Shown: positions 19,179-27,311 of the stretch, one piece after another
Numbering within the stretch: position 1 is the stretch's first letter
Layout: each line of letters begins with the position of its first letter
Origin: Magnetococcales bacterium
GTDB taxonomy: Bacteria > Pseudomonadota > Magnetococcia > Magnetococcales > JADFWU01
Assembly: GCA_015234045.1 (NCBI GenBank)
Contig: JADFWU010000013.1
Span: forward strand, 253 to 64,252
Length of the DNA: 64,000 nt
Reading direction: 5' to 3'
Made by a program: the position numbers and the translations under genes
Notes under the pieces: model-generated
The model's database searches: none
What the model was told of the DNA's origin: nothing
Seen by the model: only the letters and a program-made list of their open reading frames with translations

Positions 19179-20216
19179 ATGGGACACCATATCCCCAAAA
19201 AATCACAACAACCAAAAAAAAACGCGCTCCCGAGAGGTTCTCAGTCAAAAGGAAAACAACCAACAGGAAAAACGCAAGGCCGGACCAAACGGATTGATAA
19301 TAAAAGAGTTACAACCAGACGGGTTGGTGATTTCATTCGTGCAACAGCCAAACGATTACGGCAAAACAAGGTGTGTTTGGAAAACGGCATGCAAACCCCA
19401 CAATGGGAAGCGGAATATCTTATCGCGCATATTCTGGACCTGCCTGTGGATAAACTTGACTATCACCGTCACAAGCCTGTGGACGCGCCTTCCGCCGCTC
19501 GGATTGAGACCCTCCTTGATTTGCGGATCAACGAACACATACCCGCCGCTTACCTCACCAAAGAAGCATATTTCGCAGGCCACCGTTTCTTCGTGGATGA
19601 GCGTGTATTGATCCCACGGTCGCGCATCGAAAACATCCTTGATGATGAGGATGGATTTCCCGGCCTGATGAACGGCAAACCCATCGAACATATTCTCGAT
19701 CTGGCAACGGGAAGCGGTTGTCTGGCCATTTCACTGGCCTTGGCGTTTCCCTCTGCCCGCGTGGTAGGTTCAGACATCTCTGAGGGTGCGTTGGCGGTAG
19801 CCAAAATCAATCGAAAAAAACACCACCTTGAAAAACGATTAACTCTGGTACACTCGAACCTGTTCCACTCTTTGGCGACAGAGTGTTACGATCTCATTGT
19901 GACCAATCCGCCCTATGTGCCCAATGCAGTAGTGGATAACTTGCCGCCGGAATATCGCAAGGAACCAGATCTGGCCCTGCGGGCTGGCGATGATGGACTC
20001 TCTCTGGTGACACCTCTGCTCAAGGCTGCGCCCGATCATCTCACACCCGGTGGATTACTGGTCTGCGAAGTGGGCGATGAACAGGAAGAGACCATGAAAG
20101 AACGCTGGCCCGACTTTCCTGGTTACTGGCTTCCATTTCATTTTGGTGCCAGCGGCGTATTTGCCATCCATCGGGAAACGCTACAAAACTGGGTAAATGA
20201 TCACGAATTAGGATAA
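19179..20216 (+). CDS. prmB: 50S ribosomal protein L3 N5-glutamine methyltransferase
   Basis: IPAAYLTKEAYFAGHRFFVDERVLIPRS, SAM motif LDLATGSGCLAI, catalytic TNPPYV and the C-terminal LVCEVG pattern are collinear with PrmB. It carries a ~30-aa Lys/Arg-rich N-terminal extension if the ATG at 19179 is used. Confidence 0.88.
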   Translation: MGHHIPKKSQQPKKNALPRGSQSKGKQPTGKTQGRTKRIDNKRVTTRRVGDFIRATAKRLRQNKVCLENGMQTPQWEAEYLIAHILDLPVDKLDYHRHKPVDAPSAARIETLLDLRINEHIPAAYLTKEAYFAGHRFFVDERVLIPRSRIENILDDEDGFPGLMNGKPIEHILDLATGSGCLAISLALAFPSARVVGSDISEGALAVAKINRKKHHLEKRLTLVHSNLFHSLATECYDLIVTNPPYVPNAVVDNLPPEYRKEPDLALRAGDDGLSLVTPLLKAAPDHLTPGGLLVCEVGDEQEETMKERWPDFPGYWLPFHFGASGVFAIHRETLQNWVNDHELG

Positions 20217-20263
20217 TATGTAGCAATGAGATTTTCAGATAGACCAAGTAGATAAAAACGATA

Positions 20264-20452
20264 ACAGTGTCATTTCGATCCGAAATTTGACAATGAATCA
20301 CAACCTGAGTGGAAGCCCTGGTGATGTTTTTGCGCCGCTTTTGATATGCGAAGCAGATCATCAGAGCAAAAATATCACCAGCAGATCATCAGAGCAAAAA
20401 TATCACCAGGACTGGAACGACTGACTGTTCAAATTTTAGACGAAATCACTAT
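20264..20452 (+). repeat. MITE-like interspersed element, copy 3 (189 bp, with internal 28-bp tandem duplication)
   Basis: Same architecture as copies 1 and 2. GCAGATCATCAGAGCAAAAATATCACCA occurs twice in tandem (20353-20380 and 20381-20408), duplicating the 3' arm of the central hairpin. Confidence 0.85.
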
Positions 20453-20562
20453 AATAAAAAGTACGCAGTTACCAATTGAACACACAGAACAATGACGACT
20501 ACTAAAGCGTTTTCAACTGCGTAACGCCTAATAAAAAACTTTGCCGAACAGACGAGCATGCC

Positions 20563-22008
20563 ATGAAAAAAGAACACCACCCGCTTCAAGTCGCACTGGA
20601 CTATATCTCTGGCCATAAAAACATCAAACCGGACCAGGCTCGCAAAGCGGTTCGCAATGCGATGTTCAAAGAGGCCCTTGGTCCAGGGCCTATGGATGCC
20701 TCTCTGGAACGCAGTTTAATCAATCTGCTGGATAAAGGCGTGCGCGGCCTGGTCGCCTCCGACAAAAACCGTTCTGAAATCCTGGACCAACTGATTGGTG
20801 GACTCAGAAAAGGACGCGGACAGAAAGAGATCGCCTGGTTGGTTGAAGAACTGCGCCTGGTTGCCGGATGGTTGAGACGCCAATGCGATGAACAGAGTGA
20901 TCTGCACCGCCGCCTGGAGCACACTCAAGAAGCATTGAGAACCGCACAGTCCACAGCCCTGGAAGTTCCACCGCCTGTACAGGAACCCAGCCCTGATACC
21001 GTTGAACTGCTCTCCAACACCTTGTCGGGCATTGCGGCGCTATTGAACGCCATGTCCGTACTCGGCGCCTCCGATCCCTGGATGGTGGAAGAGAGTGAAA
21101 AACTGCTCGCCCAGATTCAGGAATCACTCTTTGACGACCTTGGCGCAAATCTGAACACCTTTGGTCAACGGGCTGAACGTGTTGGAAAAACATTGGCAGA
21201 AGAGCGTAAAAAAGAGCGGGAAGCCGTTGCTCTTCTGGTCAATGATCTCATGGAACGCCTACTCTCCCTGCGCCACTCTACCGGTGGTTTTTCCGACCGC
21301 ATCAGCGGCTCCATTGATCGAATCAGAGGCACCAACAAACTCACTGACCTTGAACAGGTGCGTACCACTCTGATTCGAGAAGCTGAAGGGATTCAGGAAG
21401 AGACCCAACTGGTGCGTAGCGAGCTTTCACGCGCACGTCAGGAGCTACATGATGCCCGCTCCAAGATGGATCAACTCTCCGAAGAACTCAACCAAGCCCG
21501 CAGTGAGAGCCTTACCGATGGATTGACCGGTGTCGCCAACCGCCGTGCGCTGGATAACTACCTTGAACGGGAAGTCGCCCGCAGCATCCGCAATCAGGAG
21601 CCACTGTCACTGGTTTTGATCGACCTGGACCACTTCAAAAAAGTCAACGACAACTACGGACATCCTGTGGGCGACAAGGTGTTGCAGGTGGTCTCTGACC
21701 GGGTCAAACGCAGTCTACGCAAATCCGATTTTCTAGGCCGTTATGGCGGTGAAGAGTTTGTTCTGGTTCTACCGACAACCAACCTTGAAGATGCGGGCAG
21801 TTTTGCCGAAAAAATCCGTCTTGAAATCGCTGCATTGCGCTTTAAGACCGGTGCCCAAACTCTTCAGGTATCCGCCAGCTTTGGCGTTGGTTGCCTCACC
21901 AAGGAGATCAACTCTGTTGTCGCGCTGACCGAATACGCCGATGAAGCGCTCTACGCAGCTAAAGAGGGCGGACGCAACCGCGTGGTTCTTGCTTCCAAAA
22001 CACACTAA
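20563..22008 (+). CDS. Diguanylate cyclase (coiled-coil N-terminal region plus GGDEF)
   Basis: 481 aa. GGDEF domain with GGEEF and RxxD (RKSD). N-terminal ~300 aa are helical or coiled-coil with no recognised sensor domain. Confidence 0.88.
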   Translation: MKKEHHPLQVALDYISGHKNIKPDQARKAVRNAMFKEALGPGPMDASLERSLINLLDKGVRGLVASDKNRSEILDQLIGGLRKGRGQKEIAWLVEELRLVAGWLRRQCDEQSDLHRRLEHTQEALRTAQSTALEVPPPVQEPSPDTVELLSNTLSGIAALLNAMSVLGASDPWMVEESEKLLAQIQESLFDDLGANLNTFGQRAERVGKTLAEERKKEREAVALLVNDLMERLLSLRHSTGGFSDRISGSIDRIRGTNKLTDLEQVRTTLIREAEGIQEETQLVRSELSRARQELHDARSKMDQLSEELNQARSESLTDGLTGVANRRALDNYLEREVARSIRNQEPLSLVLIDLDHFKKVNDNYGHPVGDKVLQVVSDRVKRSLRKSDFLGRYGGEEFVLVLPTTNLEDAGSFAEKIRLEIAALRFKTGAQTLQVSASFGVGCLTKEINSVVALTEYADEALYAAKEGGRNRVVLASKTH

Positions 22009-22119
22009 ATTGACACACAAGAGATAACTGCCTTTAGACACACAATAAGAAAACAACATAGTTTCAATATGTTATACATGCAAGCTACACAATTGCCGGT
22101 TGAAACAGACATCAAAGCA

Positions 22120-22159
22120 TGTACCCGTCATTCCCGCTTCTTAGAGAGTGACGGGTACA
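22120..22159. other. Perfect 11-bp inverted repeat (hairpin)
   Basis: TGTACCCGTCA (22120-22130) and TGACGGGTACA (22149-22159) with an 18-nt loop. No U-tract on either strand, so it is not a canonical terminator. Confidence 0.5.
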
Positions 22160-22190
22160 AAATTCATTCAACTGCGTAACGCCTAGGGCG

Positions 22191-22320
22191 TGTTGACATT
22201 CGCCAGATTTCGGTTCCTGGCAAGGCAAATCCAACGAAAAAGCGGAGCGTACTGGTAGTACGTGAGCATTTTGAGGCGGATTTAACGCCGCCAGAGGCCG
22301 AAAGATGGTGAATGTCAACA
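22191..22320 (+). other. ~130-nt long imperfect hairpin element (unclassified structured RNA or palindromic repeat)
   Basis: The outer stem GTTGACATTCGCC (22192-22204) / GGTGAATGTCAAC (22307-22319) is 13 bp and includes one G:T pair. That pair is a wobble only if the plus strand is transcribed. Nested inner helices are TTTCGG/CCGAAA, CCT..GGC/GCC..AGG, AAATCC/GGATTT and the apical CGTACT-GGT-AGTACG. Confidence 0.4.
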
Positions 22321-22534
22321 GGGCCTAATACAAATGAGACCATTCGGGCCTTGTCTGAAAGAGACGGATGGGATAGTGTGATCTGGTTAGGCAAGTGGGC
22401 GCTTAATCATTTGAATGGCCATCGTTCAAATAGATATTTATCATACATAAGAAATGGTGCTATCCTAAATTACTGGACCTCAATCCACGGCGTGTCATTG
22501 TGACATGCCGGCAGCTAGGCTATTGAAAGTCTGA

Positions 22535-23413
22535 ATGTTTTCAATCGGACCCATACCACCAAATTTGGTGAATGATTTCAATTACTGTCGTCAGGTAGTC
22601 CGCAGTCATGCGGAAAACTTTCCGGTGGGCTCTCGGCTGGCACCGCGCAGTATCCGTCCCTTTTTACATGCTGTTTATGCTTTCTCTCGCCGTGCCGATG
22701 ATTTCGCAGATGCACCCGGTCGGCAGAATTTCGAAAAACTCATGCTGTTGGATGACTGGGGCAGACGGCTGGAAAATGCCCGCCTGGGCCATACGGATCA
22801 CCCGATTTTCCGCGCTCTGGCGTTTACTTTCAGCAACACCCCGCTCTCCATCGAACACCTTCGCAATCTACTGATTGCCTTCCGCATGGATGTGACCAAT
22901 AAGCGCTATGACACCTTGGAAGAGTTGGCGGAATATTGCCAATACTCGGCCAACCCCATCGGGCGTATTGTGCTCTCGCTTGCCGAAGAAGAGACCCCAG
23001 AAAATCTCCACTGGGCTGATGCCATATGCACCGCCCTTCAGCTTACCAACCATCTTCAGGATCTCGGTGAAGATGTCTGGAAAGGACGGCCTCTCTATCT
23101 GCCACGGGAAGAGATGGAACGTTTTGGTGTCAGTGAGGAGATGATCCTTCAGCGCCGATACACTCCCACTATCGGCTCTCTGGTTATCAGTCTTGTTGAA
23201 CAGACCCGTGAACTGTTTCTGGTAGGTGAACCGCTGCTCAAACATGTTCAATGGCCACTCAACCTTGAATTGGCCATCACCTGGGAAGCGGGCATGATCA
23301 TCCTGGAGCGAATAGAAATGCTGGGCGGAAACACATTCCGAACCCGGCCACGTCTCACAGGCAGGGACAAAGCACACTGCTTCTGGAGAGCAATGGGACA
23401 GGTCAATCGATGA
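22535..23413 (+). CDS. hpnC: Squalene synthase HpnC (squalene/phytoene synthase family)
   Basis: 292 aa. Asp-rich motifs FSRRADDFAD and LQDLGEDV. Stop overlaps the start of hpnD (ATGA). Confidence 0.8.
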   Translation: MFSIGPIPPNLVNDFNYCRQVVRSHAENFPVGSRLAPRSIRPFLHAVYAFSRRADDFADAPGRQNFEKLMLLDDWGRRLENARLGHTDHPIFRALAFTFSNTPLSIEHLRNLLIAFRMDVTNKRYDTLEELAEYCQYSANPIGRIVLSLAEEETPENLHWADAICTALQLTNHLQDLGEDVWKGRPLYLPREEMERFGVSEEMILQRRYTPTIGSLVISLVEQTRELFLVGEPLLKHVQWPLNLELAITWEAGMIILERIEMLGGNTFRTRPRLTGRDKAHCFWRAMGQVNR

Positions 23414-24303
23414 CATCGGCTGCCTACTGTCGCAAAAAGACACGTCAGTCTCGCTCATCGTTCTACTATCCCCTTCTGCTGGCCGCGCCAATCCGGCGCG
23501 ATGCCCTGTTTGCCCTCTACGCCTTTTGCCGGGAAGTTGATGATCTGGTGGACGGCCCCATGGAATCCATACAGGCACAACAACAGCTTAATGGTTGGCG
23601 TAAAGAGATTCAGGACGCTTTTAACGGACAACCCAACCATCCAGTAGGCCATGAGATCAATCGGGCGCAACAGCGCTTTAATCTGCCGCAATCACTGTTC
23701 AATGACATTCTTGACGGCATGGAGATGGATCTCAACAACCGGCGCTATCTCACTCTGAACGACCTTCAACACTATTGTCAGCGTGTTTCTGTGGCGGTTG
23801 GCCTGCTGGCCATGCGGATTTTTCTCGGACATGGTGATGGTCACCCCATTCCAGATCTGATTCTCAAGCAAGGAGAGCGCTTTGCTCATCATCTGGGCAT
23901 GGCGTTTCAATATACCAATATCCTGCGCGATGTGCCTGAAGATCTGAACATGGGACGGATCTATCTTCCAGGTGAAATGCTGTTTCAGGCAGGTGTTTCT
24001 GAAGAGCAACTGATCACTGGATCAGGCGGTGCGGGTGTGGCGATTGTAGCCAGCCAGATTGCCGCCTTGGCCCAGGATCATTATCAAAAAGCCGCTGAAC
24101 TCATCACACCGGAATTACGACCTCGGCTGGTGCCTGCGGCCATGATGGCCGAGATTTATCAGACCTATTTGCACCGCATCCAACAGCACAATTTTGATGT
24201 ATTTACCGACTCTATTCGATTTAGCAGAATGGAAAAGCTGGTGCGGATAATTCGGGTTTGGATTCGGGAAAAAAGGCTGATTTGGATGGCACGCAGGACG
24301 TGA
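23410..24303 (+). CDS. hpnD: Presqualene diphosphate synthase HpnD (squalene/phytoene synthase family)
   Basis: 297 aa. FCREVDDLVD and NILRDVPEDL motifs. Paired with hpnC as in hopanoid/squalene loci. Confidence 0.8.
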   Translation: MTSAAYCRKKTRQSRSSFYYPLLLAAPIRRDALFALYAFCREVDDLVDGPMESIQAQQQLNGWRKEIQDAFNGQPNHPVGHEINRAQQRFNLPQSLFNDILDGMEMDLNNRRYLTLNDLQHYCQRVSVAVGLLAMRIFLGHGDGHPIPDLILKQGERFAHHLGMAFQYTNILRDVPEDLNMGRIYLPGEMLFQAGVSEEQLITGSGGAGVAIVASQIAALAQDHYQKAAELITPELRPRLVPAAMMAEIYQTYLHRIQQHNFDVFTDSIRFSRMEKLVRIIRVWIREKRLIWMARRT

Positions 24304-24334
24304 TCACTACAGTAAAGCAGACGCAAAGAACCAA

Positions 24335-24385
24335 CCCTGATTTTATCGGAAAGCAACTCAACGAGCCTTTCCAACAAAATCAGGG
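24335..24385. terminator. Nested inverted repeats between convergent hpnD and secA (possible bidirectional terminator)
   Basis: CCCTGATTTT (24335-24344) pairs with AAAATCAGGG (24376-24385). An inner GGAAAG/CTTTCC helix lies within the loop. Confidence 0.35.
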
Positions 24386-24402
24386 CGATCCATTTGATTC
24401 AA

Positions 24403-27078
24403 TCAGGTTATTCTGCCACAGCAGTGCTTGAATTTTCTACCGCTACCACAGGTACACGGCGCATTCCGGCCCACTTTCTTTTCGCTTCGCTTGAACGGTG
24501 TTCCACTGGGCTCTTCATCATCGCCCTTGGGGTTATTCATGGTCATACCGCGTTCACGTGCTTGCGCCCGCTCTGCTTCCGCCGCTTCGACCTGCTCCTG
24601 CTGCTGAACCTCAACACGAGACAGAAATTCCACCGTATCGACTTTAATACGGTCCAACAATCCGGCAAACAGGCTGAAAGCCTCTTGTTTATACTCGTTA
24701 AGCGGATCTTTCTGGGCATAGCCGCGTAGATGAATACCCTCACGGAGATGATCCATGTTCAGAAGATGTTCTTTCCACAGAAAATCCAACATCTGCAACA
24801 TGATGCTCTTTTCAAGATAGCGCATCAACGGCGGTGTCAAACGCTCTTCACGGGATTTCAGATAGGCATCAATAGCGGCCAAAGAACGCTCTTTCACCAC
24901 CAGAGCCGTCACACCCTCTTCCTCTTTCCATTCATCAGCGGGAAGAGAAATAGCGAACTGTTTCATAATGGAGTCAACGAATTCCTTGGTCTGCCACTCT
25001 TCAGGATAAGCCTCTTCAGGAATATATTGCTCCAGAATGTCGGTGAACAACTCATTACGACACTCGGCCAGATATTCAGAGATATCTTCACTCTCCATCA
25101 ACTGGCGGCGCTGCTCATAAATGGCCATGCGCTGATCGTTCATCACATCATCGAACTTCAGAATATTCTTACGAATATCGAAGTTGCGGCCTTCGACCTT
25201 TTTCTGTGCTGATTCAATGGCTTTATTGATCCAAGGATGGACAATGGCCTCACCCTCTTCCAAGCCTAATTTCTGCAACATGCCATCCATGCGATCAGAT
25301 CCGAAGATCCGCATCAGATCATCTTGCAAAGAGAGGAAGAAACGACTGGAACCCGGATCACCCTGACGACCAGCACGACCACGTAACTGATTGTCAATGC
25401 GTCGGGATTCATGCCGCTCTGTGCCGATGATGTGCAATCCGCCAGCGGCAAGAACGGCTCTGCGCTCGGCGTTTGTCTCAGCTCGGATAGCCGCGATACG
25501 TTGTTGTTTTTCTGCCTCATCCAGACCTTCAGGCACTTCCGCTTTGATACGCATCTCGACATTACCGCCAAGCTGAATATCCGTACCACGACCCGCCATA
25601 TTGGTGGCGATGGTTACCGCGTCTTTACGACCCGCTTGTGAGACAATTTCCGCTTCCATTTCGTGGAATTTAGCATTGAGCACTTTATGCGGTATTTTTA
25701 ATTTTTTCAGAGCTTTGGCCAGCTCTTCAGACTTTTCAATGGAGACGGTACCAACCAGCGTTGGTTGACCGCGTTTGTAGCAATCCTGCACATCGGTCAG
25801 GATGGCGTTCACCTTCTCGGCATGGGTGCGGTACACCTCGTCATCATTATCCACACGCACCAGATCCTGGTTGGATGGGATGATGATCACTTCCAGATCA
25901 TAGATGGATTCAAATTCCGTTGCCTCGGTATCCGCCGTGCCGGTCATGCCAGACAGAGTGTCATACATGCGGAACAGATTCTGGAATGTGATGGATGCCA
26001 GGGTTTGGGATTCGTTCTGAATCACCACCTGTTCTTTGGCTTCCAACGCTTGGTGCAGACCATCGGAGTAGCGCCGACCCGGCATCATACGTCCGGTGAA
26101 CTCATCAATAATGACCACTTCGCCCTCTTTGACGATGTAATCCTTATCATGTTCAAACAGCGCATGCGCTTTCAGGGCCTGGTTGAGATGATGGACTTTC
26201 TCAACATTGCGGACATCGTACAGATCGCCATCTTCGAGCAATCCGCGTTCACGCAACAGTTTTTCGCCATGCTCATTACCCTCTTCGGTAAGCACCACAG
26301 TACGGGCTTTTTCATCCACAGTGTAGTGCACATCCCGCTCTAACAACGGAATGATGGCATTGATTGTATAATATTTATCGGTATTGTCTTCAGTAGGACC
26401 GGAGATAATCAACGGCGTTCTGGCTTCATCAATCAAAATGGAGTCCACCTCATCGACGATGGCGTAGTGCAACGGCCTTTGCACCATCTCTTCCAAGGTA
26501 AACTTCATGTTGTCGCGCAGGAAATCGAAACCAAATTCGTTATTGGTGCCGTACGTGATATCCGCCTGATAGGCTGCCTGGCGCTGCACATCATCCTGAC
26601 CATGCACGATCACACCAACCGTCAAACCGAGAAATTGATAGATCTGCCCCATCCATTCGGAGTCACGTTTGGCCAGATAGTCATTGACGGTCACCAAATG
26701 GGCACCCTTGCCCTCCAGGGCATTGAGATAAAGCGGCAACGTTGCCACCAGGGTTTTACCCTCACCGGTGCCCATCTCCGTAATCTTACCGTGATGCAAC
26801 ACCATACCTCCGACAAGCTGGACATCAAAATGTCGCATACCGGTCACCCGGCGACTGGCTTCCCGCACCGTGGCAAACGCCTCGGGCAGCAGATCGTCCA
26901 GGGTTTCGCCATCGGCCAGACGCTGACGGAAAAGCACCGTCTGACCGCGCAAGGCGGCATCGTCCAGTGTCTTCAAGCCCTCTTCCAGATCATTGATCTT
27001 CTGGACGATGGGATTGAGGCGTTTGAGGTATCGTGTATTACGGGTTCCGAAAAATTTCCGGGCCAGTGCTGAAAACAT
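24403..27078 (-). CDS. secA: Preprotein translocase ATPase SecA
   Basis: Canonical N-terminus [14 protein letters not shown]..., DEAD-like motor motifs ([22 protein letters not shown]), and the C-terminal zinc motif [14 protein letters not shown]. The true ATG is at 27078 (GAAGGAAT Shine-Dalgarno); the 63 upstream codons in the track ORF look spurious. Confidence 0.95.
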   Translation of the reverse strand: MFSALARKFFGTRNTRYLKRLNPIVQKINDLEEGLKTLDDAALRGQTVLFRQRLADGETLDDLLPEAFATVREASRRVTGMRHFDVQLVGGMVLHHGKITEMGTGEGKTLVATLPLYLNALEGKGAHLVTVNDYLAKRDSEWMGQIYQFLGLTVGVIVHGQDDVQRQAAYQADITYGTNNEFGFDFLRDNMKFTLEEMVQRPLHYAIVDEVDSILIDEARTPLIISGPTEDNTDKYYTINAIIPLLERDVHYTVDEKARTVVLTEEGNEHGEKLLRERGLLEDGDLYDVRNVEKVHHLNQALKAHALFEHDKDYIVKEGEVVIIDEFTGRMMPGRRYSDGLHQALEAKEQVVIQNESQTLASITFQNLFRMYDTLSGMTGTADTEATEFESIYDLEVIIIPSNQDLVRVDNDDEVYRTHAEKVNAILTDVQDCYKRGQPTLVGTVSIEKSEELAKALKKLKIPHKVLNAKFHEMEAEIVSQAGRKDAVTIATNMAGRGTDIQLGGNVEMRIKAEVPEGLDEAEKQQRIAAIRAETNAERRAVLAAGGLHIIGTERHESRRIDNQLRGRAGRQGDPGSSRFFLSLQDDLMRIFGSDRMDGMLQKLGLEEGEAIVHPWINKAIESAQKKVEGRNFDIRKNILKFDDVMNDQRMAIYEQRRQLMESEDISEYLAECRNELFTDILEQYIPEEAYPEEWQTKEFVDSIMKQFAISLPADEWKEEEGVTALVVKERSLAAIDAYLKSREERLTPPLMRYLEKSIMLQMLDFLWKEHLLNMDHLREGIHLRGYAQKDPLNEYKQEAFSLFAGLLDRIKVDTVEFLSRVEVQQQEQVEAAEAERAQARERGMTMNNPKGDDEEPSGTPFKRSEKKVGRNAPCTCGSGRKFKHCCGRIT

Positions 27079-27311
27079 GTCGCTTTGATTCCTTCGGAGC
27101 AGGCCTGAACGGACATCCCAGCCTGATATTCCATGCGGGACAGAGCCTATTCCATCCTTAATTTCACAAAATAAAAAACCAGAAATCTGAAACAAATCGA
27201 GTGCACACCTGAGGTGGGTACGCACCGATGGCGAAGCAAGCCTACCTTTTGTCGCCCAAGCAATCAAAGGCTAACCGTACTTTAAGTCACTTTTTCACCA
27301 AAAAAAGCCCC

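Noticed and set aside
22168-22320. Integron attC-like site (imperfect hairpin with GTTGAC.../...GTCAAC ends next to a cassette-like GGDEF gene)
   Set aside because: The stem termini do not fit the RYYYAAC / GTTRRRY core sites. No intI integrase or Pc/attI context is present in the window.
27079-27267. 63-codon N-terminal extension of secA in the ORF track
   Set aside because: The canonical SecA N-terminus [11 protein letters not shown] starts at ATG 27078 with a Shine-Dalgarno. The extension has no similarity to SecA and lies in the intergenic region.
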